A stretch of DNA of 63,465 nucleotides, the filler included. It is 4 parts of 4 records of this genome, joined end to end, with 100 filler letters (N's around TTAATTAATTAA, not from the genome) between each part and the next. Parts side by side here need not be neighbours in the genome. Positions count along the whole stretch, not along the records: positions 1 to 23,417 come from SRR20825006_747; positions 23,518 to 37,943 come from SRR20825006_748; 2 more parts are not named here. One strand, given 5' to 3'. Below, piece by piece: positions 20,503-30,346 of this stretch. Every line of letters starts with the position of its first letter. The first letter of the stretch is position 1. The notes below the pieces were generated by a model. That model saw only the letters and a program-made list of their open reading frames with translations. It made no database searches and was not told where the DNA came from. The position numbers and the translations under genes are program-made.

Positions 20503-21867
20503 CTAAAACCGGCCGAGATTGAAAGGATCAACGGTGCCATCATCTGCCTGGCAGCAAAGTTTTGCGCTGATCCTGAACATCACCGTCGTGGCATCAAAGG
20601 CCCGCGCCGGATCGGTCGAATCCGAAACCTCGTGCTCAAAGCTCAACCCGGCAAACAGGTGTTCGTTGATGAGGTAGGTCGCGTTTACTCCGACGAGCAT
20701 GTCATCGTCTTCCCGGTCGATCTGCTGAAACTCTTCATTCGCCACGGAAAGGTAACCACCGATTATCAATTGCTCGAGCGGATCATAGTCGAGTCCCATT
20801 CGGAAAGACCGCGAAAGTTTCGTTCCCGCGCTCGGATCGTCCGACTGCTGGTTCTCGATATCCGCATCGGCGGTAAAGGTCATGACCGGCGTCAGGTTCC
20901 AGAGCAGGCCGCCGGACAATACGAAATCGGTCTGCGCGGAGCGCGAGCTTGCGTCGAAAACCCGGTGCGAGACGCCGACCCTGCCGTTGAAGGCACTGAC
21001 CCCGGTGATATCGCGCACAGCCCCGACCGACAGCGTCAGACGCGTCGAGTTCTGATCCTCCGAAGCATCCTCGGTATAGACATCGCGAAGCAGACTGGGC
21101 GAAACAAAGAGATCGTATTCACCTCCGGGGGAATAGCCGACAAGCCCGCGCAGATTGAAAGTTGTGCGGTCCAGGGTATCCCGATCTACGTTGTCCGTCG
21201 GATTGTAGGACCGGTGCACGGCTTCCCCGACGATACGCGTAAAGACCCGGTCATCCCGCCTGTCGTCATAAACCCCTCCAACGAGATATTGATTGAAGGT
21301 GAGCGGCTCGAAGCCGGCACCGGGATCCGCATCGTCGCCGCGCCGGATATGCCCGCGCTTCGCTTCGGCGAAACCGCGCGCAAAAACACCGTCATCGACA
21401 TCAACCCGCACCGCCGTGGCCAGACGAGCATCCGTCGTATTCTCCCGGCTTGATTCCGCGACCCGCCGGTCCGTCAGGTCAACAATCAGCAAGGCTTCAT
21501 GATTGGTCCAGTTGGAACGCAGCGCCGCTTCCGCCTTCGCTTCGGTAACAGCAGAGGAAATCGCGCCGTTCTTGACCCGGGTGACATTGCTGTCCCGGCC
21601 GGCATCGACAGTCGCCCGGGAAAACAGATCGAAACTTCCGGCCAGCCGCCCGGCATCCGAACGATCATCGGGCCGGCTGAGCAAATCAAGCGACAAACCG
21701 TAGCTTTCAAAGTCGAGGCGCTGACGGCCCCGAACGGATTCCTTGTAAGCCTGCTGCGCGAGAACGGCTTCGGCGGAAATCCCTACTAAAATAGAGGCCA
21801 AAGCGAGTGCGGCGGTCACGAACGCCAAGTTGATCCGGCATTTACGCCACCAAATACAAAGGTCCAT
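20503..21867 (-). CDS. Outer-membrane beta-barrel protein of the EPS export module
   Basis: Signal peptide, LRSNW..H motif, amphipathic strands, adjacent to a short Wza. Confidence 0.75.
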   Translation of the reverse strand: MDLCIWWRKCRINLAFVTAALALASILVGISAEAVLAQQAYKESVRGRQRLDFESYGLSLDLLSRPDDRSDAGRLAGSFDLFSRATVDAGRDSNVTRVKNGAISSAVTEAKAEAALRSNWTNHEALLIVDLTDRRVAESSRENTTDARLATAVRVDVDDGVFARGFAEAKRGHIRRGDDADPGAGFEPLTFNQYLVGGVYDDRRDDRVFTRIVGEAVHRSYNPTDNVDRDTLDRTTFNLRGLVGYSPGGEYDLFVSPSLLRDVYTEDASEDQNSTRLTLSVGAVRDITGVSAFNGRVGVSHRVFDASSRSAQTDFVLSGGLLWNLTPVMTFTADADIENQQSDDPSAGTKLSRSFRMGLDYDPLEQLIIGGYLSVANEEFQQIDREDDDMLVGVNATYLINEHLFAGLSFEHEVSDSTDPARAFDATTVMFRISAKLCCQADDGTVDPFNLGRF

Positions 21868-22201
21868 GTGACAGGCCAGTTGATTCCAACCCCGGGTCGA
21901 TCTGCAATTCGCTTATCCAGCGCTTTAAAATAGGCGAATTATCCATTGAAACAAAACATTTTTATGAGCATAGTTTATGTAGACACGACCAGATTCGGCC
22001 CTGCGCGCAAGTTTTTGGTGGCCTTTTATGCAAATTTCCGCATTTTCGAGCATGATTACCAATTGGTCATTCCTGTTCTTCTAGAGTATCCCGCCCGTGC
22101 AAGCGGCCGCATTCAAGGCAAATATCGGGTGCCCGTGCTGTAGCCAGCGTGGTAAGAAGAGGGTCAGGAAACGGCCCCCCAGAGTTTAGACGGAGGACCA
22201 C

Positions 22202-23417
22202 ATGGCGCTCAGCCAAGTCCAGAGCCGAAATAGGGGTCCGAGCCAGGAATACCTGCTGCTCGACTATCTCCAGCGTCTCGGGCGCAACGTGGAAGGCCGG
22301 ATGGCCGTCCATATCCATCTTTCCCGGTTGCGTCCGCAGAACCGTCAGGATCACCATATCCGGATCGCGGCAGCCACCTTCGAAGGCATGGTCCAGAACT
22401 ATGAGGGCCAGATCTTCATCCTGAGTAATTCGGACCTGTTCTTCGTCTGCAAGGATGCGACTGTCGAGGATATCGACGCGGCCATCATGAAGGTCCGCTA
22501 TCTGTTTTCCGAAGACCCGCTTTCTCAGGGCGACGAGGAAGAGGACCTGGCCAGGTTCTGCTCCTGGTACAATGTCGCCACCCAGTTCGAGGATTTGCTG
22601 GAACTGGTCAAGCAAATGCACCGGGAGCGGGAACGCAAATCCCGTCTTGCCGTCAGCGCCGACCAGAAAGTCGATCCACGCAGCAAAAGCGTGCGCAAGC
22701 CACTCGATCCGGAGCAGCTCGGCAAACTGGAATCCTTTCTGCAGCGGGCCGACCTCTCGAACCTGATGCGCCGCCAGCCGGTCTGCGCGCTCACACCAAA
22801 CAATCCGACACCGCAACCGGTGTTCCGAGAGCTGTTCATCTCGATCCACGATCTGCAGCAGACCGTACTGCCGGAATTCGACCTGGCCTCCAATCTGTGG
22901 CTGTTCCAGCATCTGACGCAAACGCTGGACGCGCGGATGCTGTCCCTGCTGATCCGGAACGACGACACCTCGATCGCCAGCTCCTTCAGCGTCAATCTGA
23001 ACGTACAGACGATCCTGTCGCCGCCCTTCCTGAATTTCGATGCCAGCCTGAAGGCGGTTGCCCGCGGCACGGTCGTGATCGAATTGCAGAAGATCGATAT
23101 TTTCGGGGATATGGGCGCCTACATGTTCGCCCGCGACTTCATGCGCGAACGCGGCTACCGGATCTGCCTGGATGGCCTGAACCATCTGACCCTTCAGTTC
23201 ATCGACCGTGAGCGGCTCGGCCTTGATCTGTTGAAGCTGATCTGGACCCCGGACATGGCGGACGATATGTCCGGAAACCGGACCGCAGAGCTGAAAGAGC
23301 ATGTGGATCGTTGCGGCCGCGCCCGGATCATCCTGACGCGCTGTGATTCAGACGAGGCCGTCCGGTTCGGGCAGTCCCTGGGCATCACCATGTTCCAGGG
23401 CCGCTATATCGACAAAC
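22202..23417 (+). CDS. Degenerate EAL-domain protein (3'-truncated)
   Basis: RRQPV, ELF in place of EAL, FSVNLN, ICLDG in place of DDFG, KL, FQG; runs into the gap. Confidence 0.7.
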
Positions 23418-23517
23418 NNNNNNNNNNNNNNNNNNNNNNNNNNNNNNNNNNNNNNNNNNNNTTAATTAATTAANNNNNNNNNNNNNNNNNNNNNNNNNNN
23501 NNNNNNNNNNNNNNNNN
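23418..23517. other. Artificial contig linker
   Basis: 44 N + TTAATTAATTAA (stops in all six frames) + 44 N; composition changes abruptly across it. Confidence 0.98.
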
Positions 23518-24100
23518 GTGCTTCGTACTTTGGAAAAGCGATTTCACGAAAATCATCGTAGCCAGCCCCCATGTCGAGCGGAACACCTTTTTCATCGCAG
23601 ATTGTAATATCGACTGCGGCTCCAAAATTATGCACACTTCCGTAAGAAGGATTCGACACAAATTTTCCTCGCGCGGCGGGCGGAATTGAATCCAATGCCA
23701 ACCACATTTCACGCTGAACTTCTAGGGGACGAACTCCATCGTAAATCAATAATGAATAGTTTGGAAAACTGTCCTTCAAAAATTTCTGGCAAAGCACAAT
23801 TCGCTCCGCGACATCTTTCTGTAAAAACACGCGATCCAAGGTATCGTATAGCGGAGTTCTCATGAAATTGTCAGAAGTGGCATATTTTAAGTCGACTAGA
23901 ATCGTTGAATCAAGCTCATGGATATCAATCAAGTTGAAGCTCGCTAAAGCGAAATGCAGCGTGGAATCTCGCTCAAGAACTTCAATTGACGTTTCAATAG
24001 TATCCGTGGAATTTACTTCTTTCTCCATTTCTTCATCGTGCCAACTGCAAGCGTTCAAGGCGAGGATTCCTAAAAAACAATAGACAAAGCTCCATTTCAT
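23518..24100 (-). CDS. M15 family D-Ala-D-Ala dipeptidase-like lipoprotein (3'-truncated)
   Basis: Lipobox LNAC, YAT.DNF, DGVRP..VQ, SVHNFGAAVD, DMG. Confidence 0.85.
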
Positions 24101-24153
24101 AACTCAAAGAAACAAAATCCAGTTTGAATTAACGATCACAACCGATTTCTGAT

Positions 24154-24161
24154 TAATTTTG
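24154..24161 (+). promoter_or_regulatory. Bacteroidota -7 promoter element
   Basis: TAATTTTG fits TAnnTTTG, 15 bp before ATG 24177. Confidence 0.55.
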
Positions 24162-24176
24162 CGCAAAATTTTTTGT

Positions 24177-25373
24177 ATGCCAACGATCTCGAATAAAGCA
24201 ATCAAAATGCCAGAATCGCCAATTAGAAAATTGGTTCCTTTTGCCGAAAAAGCAAAGGCTCAAGGCAAAACTGTTTATCACCTAAACATTGGTCAACCTG
24301 ACATTGCGACTCCGCAAGTAGCCCTGGATGCCATTAAAAATATCGATAGAAGCGTTATTGAATATAGTCACTCTGCAGGTTTTCAATCGTACAGAGACAA
24401 TTTAGCGGCCTATTATACGCGTACAGGAATTAATGTGTCGTCTGAAGACATCATCATTACAACGGGAGGATCTGAAGCATTGACTTTTGGCTTTATGTCT
24501 ACATGCGATCCTGACGACGAAGTAATTATTCCAGAGCCATTTTACGCAAACTACAATGGTTTCGCTGTTGCAGCAGGATTGAACGTGGTGCCCGTTACAG
24601 CATCTATTGAAAGTGGTTTCGCATTGCCTCCCGTTGAAGAATTCGAGAAGAAAATCACTTCGAAAACTAAGGCGATTGTTATTTGTAACCCAGGAAACCC
24701 AACAGGATACCTGTATTCGAAAGAAGAGCTTGAAAAGTTGCGCGATATCGTTAAAAAGCACGATTTGTTCTTGTTCGCCGATGAAGTTTACCGTGAATTC
24801 TGTTACGACGGTGCGCAACCTTTCTCAGTGATGAACTTAGAAGGAATTGAGAACAATGTGATCATGATTGACTCTGTTTCAAAGCGTTATTCTATGTGCG
24901 GTGCTAGAATTGGAGCAATCGTTTCTAAAAATAAGAGCGTGATGGCAGCTGCCTTGAAATTTGGTCAAGCGCGACTTTCTCCTCCAACGGTAGATCAAAT
25001 TGCAGCAGAAGCAGCGTTAAACACTCCTCAATCGTATTTCGACGAAGTAATTTCTGAATATGTTGAGCGAAGAAATATAATGGTGAATGGACTGAATGCT
25101 ATCGACGGTGTTTTTTGTCCAATGCCAAGCGGTGCATTTTACTGTGTAGCGAAATTTCCTGTTGATAATGCTGAACGTTTTTGTCAATGGTTGTTAGAAG
25201 ATTTCGAATACGAAGGAGCAACGGTAATGATGGCACCAGCAAACGGTTTTTATTCTTCTCCTGATCAAGGAATTCAAGAAGCGCGCATTGCGTACGTATT
25301 GAACCAAGATTCGCTTAAAAAGGCAGTTAAATGCCTAGAAGAAGCATTAAAAGTATATCCGGGAAGAGTATAA
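24177..25373 (+). CDS. PLP-dependent aminotransferase class I/II
   Basis: LNIGQPD, NPGNPTG, DEVY, SVSKRYSMCGARIG. Confidence 0.92.
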   Translation: MPTISNKAIKMPESPIRKLVPFAEKAKAQGKTVYHLNIGQPDIATPQVALDAIKNIDRSVIEYSHSAGFQSYRDNLAAYYTRTGINVSSEDIIITTGGSEALTFGFMSTCDPDDEVIIPEPFYANYNGFAVAAGLNVVPVTASIESGFALPPVEEFEKKITSKTKAIVICNPGNPTGYLYSKEELEKLRDIVKKHDLFLFADEVYREFCYDGAQPFSVMNLEGIENNVIMIDSVSKRYSMCGARIGAIVSKNKSVMAAALKFGQARLSPPTVDQIAAEAALNTPQSYFDEVISEYVERRNIMVNGLNAIDGVFCPMPSGAFYCVAKFPVDNAERFCQWLLEDFEYEGATVMMAPANGFYSSPDQGIQEARIAYVLNQDSLKKAVKCLEEALKVYPGRV

Positions 25374-25395
25374 AACTCCCCTATTGATTAAATTG

Positions 25396-25430
25396 AAAAT
25401 TCCCAGTCGGCTCTCCGAACTGGGAATTTT
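25396..25430. terminator. Bidirectional intrinsic terminator
   Basis: AAAATTCCCAGT...ACTGGGAATTTT between convergent genes. Confidence 0.8.
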
Positions 25431-25474
25431 GGTTTAGTGCATCCTGGTTAAGGTTTACTTCACTACAATATCAA

Positions 25475-27556
25475 TTAGTGAAATACAACTCTGAGTCGTT
25501 TGGTGGTTCCTTCTATCAACACTTCCAGAACGTATATTCCATCGGTAATAAATTCATTTCGTTCAATCGATAATTCAGTTCCATTCGTTGATTCACGGAA
25601 GACAACCTTTCCGTCTAGCCCAAGAAGTTTGACTTCGCTTATTTGCTGTTTTGACGAGATCGTAATTCCATATTCCGCTGGATTCGGATACACCTGAACA
25701 TTCAGCAAATCAAATTCATCCATCGAATTAGAACTTGTTGTATCCACAAAGGTAATTTCAATATTATCTGAATAAATACACCCAAGCGCTGAAACGTATG
25801 TACACGTGAGACTCACTGTTGTATCAACGTAAATACTATCTGTTGTGGCTCCTGTTGACCAGAAAATGTTCCCAGACTGATTCGAAGAGACCCAAAAAGG
25901 TGCATAAATTGTCGTGTCGTTTCCTAAGGAAAAATTGACCACTTCGAACATAACATTAATCGTATCTGAGGCTACAAGATTTCCACCGCCATCGAATAAA
26001 TCTAACCAATAATCTCCATTAGTCGTTGGAACTAACGTATTGCTTGTTCCGCCATCGCTCCATAAGTGCGCATACTGCATTGTCGAATAAGGCGATACAA
26101 TAAAGTTGGTCGTTCCAGAGCAGAAAACGGTATCGGGCCCCAAATCTAAGTTGACCGTTGGTATGACAACCGTTGAAGTATCTTCGTTCAACTCGTATCG
26201 TGCAACGAAACCATTTAACATTGGTTGATTGGGTAGATTGACTGTCGCAGAGGTAAAATCAAAATCGACATTACTTCCTGCGGTTCCCGAAATAAAGAGC
26301 GCACTATCTGCTAAAGCGACGTAACATTTATTCTCGGTTCCTGAGCTTCCCAAAACAAAAACAGTATCGATTCCTCCAACGGTATTCCATTTAGAGATGA
26401 AAATGTCTCGACTCGCATTTGATGTGTAACTCAGATTATCGAAATCCGCAGTTCCTGAAAAACAACCTGTCATCCAAACGGTTGAATCGTCAGATTCCAA
26501 TCCAAAAACCTCTTCAAAATCGGAACTACTCGGATTGTTCACATATCCGACCCAATCTTGCGTTTTTGTGATTCTGTCAAAAGCCAGTAAATAGCGTCCA
26601 TCTGAAGGGGTCGCAATCGCCCCAATATCATCCGTTCTCCCTGCAATAAAAATTCGATCTTCATTCACTGTCATTCCGTAGACGCGATCCACACTATTTC
26701 CTCCATAAGTGTATATGGACGAAAAATCTCCATTCGGATTTACCACCAATAAAGCCGACTCAGATGTAGGGATACTTAGATTTGAAGTTGTTCCATAACT
26801 GAATGTATTCGAAGATGTTAATCCTGCGATGTAGATCGAATCATTTTCAAAACGCACGATTTTATCTGGTCTAAAATTAGTTCTCCTAAACGTTGTCATT
26901 AAACTTGACGCACTGCTAAATTGAAACACTACGTACCCAAGATTATCCGCAAAAGTAGCACCCGGAGTGATGTTTATACCATCCAATAAAATATTCGTTC
27001 CTGACGCTGTAACGCTCACATGAATAGTTCCCGAAGCGTCTACAAACAAATCGTTTACATAATCTACGGATGGACTTGAAGTTCTAACCCTTCTGATCCA
27101 CTGAATGATTCCTGAGGTGTCCATAAGCCCAACAATAGCGTCCCAATTAGAAGTTGATGTTAAGCCGAGAGTTGCGTTTGAACCACGATAAAATCCAGAA
27201 AAAGCAATCGCCGTGTCACCCACCATTTCAATCGTTCCAATACTACATTCATCTGAGGCATCAATGATTGAAGTCCATTGATAATTTCCTGCAGTATCAA
27301 ACTTTGTGATGTATCCCGCATAACTTCCTGTAGTGGAATAAGTATCAACGCCCGGACCTTGATCAAAATCTACCGTCCCCGAAAAATCACCTGAGATATA
27401 AGCACTTCCTTGGGAATCTGAGCATAATCCAAAAATTCCATTTCCATCACCTTGCGTAGGTCTGAGCCACGCGGGGGCTTCCAACTGACTTACTGCGCTG
27501 AATAAATTAAACAATGAAAAAAGTAAAACTCCAACTACATTTTTAAAACTCATCAT
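25475..27556 (-). CDS. T9SS type A cargo protein with beta-propeller-like repeats
   Basis: Signal peptide, G.FSGT.DFD repeats, LG.DT and WS.G units, C-terminal VYPNP...GIYVL. Confidence 0.82.
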   Translation of the reverse strand: MMSFKNVVGVLLFSLFNLFSAVSQLEAPAWLRPTQGDGNGIFGLCSDSQGSAYISGDFSGTVDFDQGPGVDTYSTTGSYAGYITKFDTAGNYQWTSIIDASDECSIGTIEMVGDTAIAFSGFYRGSNATLGLTSTSNWDAIVGLMDTSGIIQWIRRVRTSSPSVDYVNDLFVDASGTIHVSVTASGTNILLDGINITPGATFADNLGYVVFQFSSASSLMTTFRRTNFRPDKIVRFENDSIYIAGLTSSNTFSYGTTSNLSIPTSESALLVVNPNGDFSSIYTYGGNSVDRVYGMTVNEDRIFIAGRTDDIGAIATPSDGRYLLAFDRITKTQDWVGYVNNPSSSDFEEVFGLESDDSTVWMTGCFSGTADFDNLSYTSNASRDIFISKWNTVGGIDTVFVLGSSGTENKCYVALADSALFISGTAGSNVDFDFTSATVNLPNQPMLNGFVARYELNEDTSTVVIPTVNLDLGPDTVFCSGTTNFIVSPYSTMQYAHLWSDGGTSNTLVPTTNGDYWLDLFDGGGNLVASDTINVMFEVVNFSLGNDTTIYAPFWVSSNQSGNIFWSTGATTDSIYVDTTVSLTCTYVSALGCIYSDNIEITFVDTTSSNSMDEFDLLNVQVYPNPAEYGITISSKQQISEVKLLGLDGKVVFRESTNGTELSIERNEFITDGIYVLEVLIEGTTKRLRVVFH

Positions 27557-27684
27557 ATTAAAATTCTTTGTTTGACTAATTACTAGACAAAACTATCATC
27601 ATCATTATGGAGTTTTTTGAGGGAATTCCCTGATTTTGCCTTTAAGTTGACTCAACTAGGCGATAAAACTTAGAATAGAAAAAG

Positions 27685-27718
27685 AAAAGTCCATGAAACA
27701 AATGCTTCATGGACTTTT
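27685..27718 (-). terminator. Intrinsic terminator
   Basis: AAAAGTCCATGAA...TTCATGGACTTTT downstream of 27758-28573. Confidence 0.8.
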
Positions 27719-27757
27719 AAAAAGATAAGGATCTGCCTTACGGCAAACTCCTAAGTA

Positions 27758-28573
27758 TTATTTAGAAATTACTACACGCTCAGTGATAACGTTTCCGTTG
27801 TTCACGATTTGCACTAAGTAAACTCCATTGTTTAAATTTTCAGTATCGAATGCAACAGATTTTCCGAAAACTTCATTCATTTCATGTGTAGAAACAACCG
27901 CTCCATCAACAGAAATAATAGAAATTGACGCAGAACCTTCTAATTTACCGAAATCTAAGTTGATTTCTTTGCTCGCTGGGTTAGGATAAACTGAGACTTT
28001 TTCTGTTTTCTCAAACTCGAACAAGCCGATTACTGCACCATCAACAGTTAAAACAACGTCATCTACAAGAACGTTCCATCCTGTAGCTGTAGTTTGGAAA
28101 CCTTCGATACGTAGAGAGTGAAGAGCACCATTTGCAGCAGAACTAACATCTACAAGAAGTGGAGTATAGTTTGTATAAGCTACAGAATCTTGTGCAGTTA
28201 CAGTTGCCAAGATCGTACCATCAAGACTAACTTCCAAACGGTCAGCAGCTAAACCTTGACCTGGAGTTGGGATTTTAACCATCATCGAAATTGCAGCAGC
28301 AGTTCCAGTTGGGATGTTAATGCTTTGAACTACAGAACCAGTTTCAACCGCTTGAGCTCCACCGAACCAAGAGTAAAAAGTTCCAGATGCAGGTACACAT
28401 CCTCCACCACAATCTCCACAGCCAGCGAAATCACAAATTGGTGTTCCAAAGTTAGTCGATGCTTCAGTCCAAGAACCTCCGCCAGCACCAGCTTCAAATC
28501 CTCCGTCAATTACTTGAGCGTTTCCTACGCTCAATGCTAGACAAGATGTTGTTAAGAGTAAAAATTTTTTCAT
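27758..28573 (-). CDS. Small T9SS type A cargo protein with a Cys-rich domain
   Basis: Signal peptide, DGGFE...CDFAGCGDCGGGC, C-terminal VYPNP...NGVYLV. Confidence 0.82.
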   Translation of the reverse strand: MKKFLLLTTSCLALSVGNAQVIDGGFEAGAGGGSWTEASTNFGTPICDFAGCGDCGGGCVPASGTFYSWFGGAQAVETGSVVQSINIPTGTAAAISMMVKIPTPGQGLAADRLEVSLDGTILATVTAQDSVAYTNYTPLLVDVSSAANGALHSLRIEGFQTTATGWNVLVDDVVLTVDGAVIGLFEFEKTEKVSVYPNPASKEINLDFGKLEGSASISIISVDGAVVSTHEMNEVFGKSVAFDTENLNNGVYLVQIVNNGNVITERVVISK

Positions 28574-28680
28574 ATCAATATAGTTTTAAAATTCAGTGCA
28601 AGATAAACAATCTTTACCAAATCAAAAACTTTGAGTTAACTACGTTACACACCATGATATGTTGATTTATGTTGAACCTG

Positions 28681-29094
28681 TTATTCCTGTGCCTCAGTTC
28701 CTTGATCGTTTGATTCAGAAGATCCCTCAGACTCAAATTTAATAAACAGATTCGCCCAGATAATCTTAGATAATGCGTAAAAATAAGGAGCTGTAATCAG
28801 TGCTAATAACGCTACGATCGTTACTTGAACTCCAGCTCGGATTTCTGGGAAAAAGAGATTGAACGAAACCCAAAGGGCAACAAACAACGCTACACCTAGC
28901 CCGTAAGAAACGTACATCGCTCCATAATAAAAGCCTGGTTCCTTAGAATATTTCAGTGAACAATGCGAACACTCTTTATGAATATCTCCTGCTTTTTTCA
29001 AATTGTACGGATGCGAAACGAAAAAGTCTCCTTCTTGACAACGCGGACACTTCATTTTAAAAATGCTGTACAATTTAGAGCCCTTTCCCAACAT
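28681..29094 (-). CDS. DUF983-like protein
   Basis: CPRC..G and CSHC, EPGFYYGAMYVSY, two TMs. Confidence 0.8.
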   Translation of the reverse strand: MLGKGSKLYSIFKMKCPRCQEGDFFVSHPYNLKKAGDIHKECSHCSLKYSKEPGFYYGAMYVSYGLGVALFVALWVSFNLFFPEIRAGVQVTIVALLALITAPYFYALSKIIWANLFIKFESEGSSESNDQGTEAQE

Positions 29095-29118
29095 ATCATT
29101 CCATTATTTATTCTTTTA

Positions 29119-29126
29119 CAAAGATA
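29119..29126 (-). promoter_or_regulatory. Bacteroidota -7 promoter element for the DUF983 gene
   Basis: TATCTTTG on the minus strand, 24 bp upstream of the ATG. Confidence 0.6.
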
Positions 29127-29147
29127 GCAAATTAGCACTCTACAAGG

Positions 29148-29906
29148 CTACTCAGACGTACAAACTTCACTATGACAACAGCTCATTTCCTCCTCCTCTA
29201 TTACTTCATTATTCTCATTGATGCTTTGATGAATGGAAATCTTTGGACTCAAATATTTGATCCCTAGATTCATCCCCCGTAAAACAACTAAAAGTCCAAG
29301 AACGGTTAAAAAATATGGCATCAGCTTTGACCATTGGCTAGATTTGAAGGACCTAAATTTTGATCCGAAAAATGAAATAGCAATAAGCACGGGGAGAGTT
29401 CCAATACCAAAAAAGAACATTGCCAAACCGCTAGTTACAAAATCACCAGTGATAACGGCATTTACCAGAGCTGCGTAGATCATTCCACAGGGCAAAAAAC
29501 CGTTTACAACACCCAAAATGGATAATTTCAATGGAGACTTTGATCGAAGTGCCCAGCTTCGGACACCTTGGAGCTTGGCAAACATCTTTCCAAATCCCTT
29601 CAAAGAGTTTTTTCTAAACCGAAACACGCTCTTCCAAGCAAAAATGATCAATAGTATTCCTGCAATAATACTCAACCATTGTAACCAACCGATGAATTGC
29701 ATTGTTAAACCAACCACTCCTAGCACTGCTCCGAACATCGTGTACACAAGAATTCTTCCTAAATGATATTGAATGAGTCCAGAGATAATTGTCCAATTTG
29801 AAGAGCGATCTAAAGGAATCATCAAAGCGATTGGCCCGCACATTCCTAAGCAATGGAAATTAGACGTGAGTCCTAAAATAAATCCGGTGATCAGAACAAA
29901 TTCCAT
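29148..29906 (-). CDS. TauE/SafE (DsbD_2-like) membrane protein of cbb3 assembly
   Basis: HCLGMCGP, GFLPCGMIY, FGIGTLP; ends in SCCH. Confidence 0.85.
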   Translation of the reverse strand: MEFVLITGFILGLTSNFHCLGMCGPIALMIPLDRSSNWTIISGLIQYHLGRILVYTMFGAVLGVVGLTMQFIGWLQWLSIIAGILLIIFAWKSVFRFRKNSLKGFGKMFAKLQGVRSWALRSKSPLKLSILGVVNGFLPCGMIYAALVNAVITGDFVTSGLAMFFFGIGTLPVLIAISFFGSKFRSFKSSQWSKLMPYFLTVLGLLVVLRGMNLGIKYLSPKISIHQSINENNEVIEEEEMSCCHSEVCTSE

Positions 29907-29907
29907 A

Positions 29908-30330
29908 TTACAGATAGATTTGTTCCTTTTGAAGACAAGCTTGTCCCCCTTTTATGTAAGAAATGGAAACATTGTAAACGCCCTTTTTCATCGTTTTTCG
30001 TTGAATAATGAACTGCTTCTCACCCGTGATTTCAAAGCTTAAATCTTCCTTTTCATTGTTTGGGCGCTGAAATGACAAGAGTACATTTTCGAGCACTTGG
30101 TCGTTTGGTTGTTGAATAAGAATATGATCTTCTGTCACGCTAAGTCCTACTTTTTCTGTCAACAAGGATGCATTTTCCATCGCTTTAATTTCATCTCCAT
30201 ATATCAATTCTTTCTGATAATAATCTTCGCTTTCGAGATCAACTCTATGTGAGAAAAAACCGATCACCATAACTGTAATAAAGATTATGAAGCTTGACAT
30301 TGCAATTGTTATTCCTTTTCCCCAGTTCAT
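29908..30330 (-). CDS. ccoH: FixH/CcoH family protein
   Basis: MNWGKGI, one TM, DYY..E, RPNN..D; start ATG 30330. Confidence 0.85.
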   Translation of the reverse strand: MNWGKGITIAMSSFIIFITVMVIGFFSHRVDLESEDYYQKELIYGDEIKAMENASLLTEKVGLSVTEDHILIQQPNDQVLENVLLSFQRPNNEKEDLSFEITGEKQFIIQRKTMKKGVYNVSISYIKGGQACLQKEQIYL

Positions 30331-30346
30331 TTTTTCACGTATTAAA

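Noticed and set aside
23518-24100. vanX vancomycin resistance gene
   Set aside because: A lipoprotein M15 peptidase in a Gram-negative contig with no van cluster in view.
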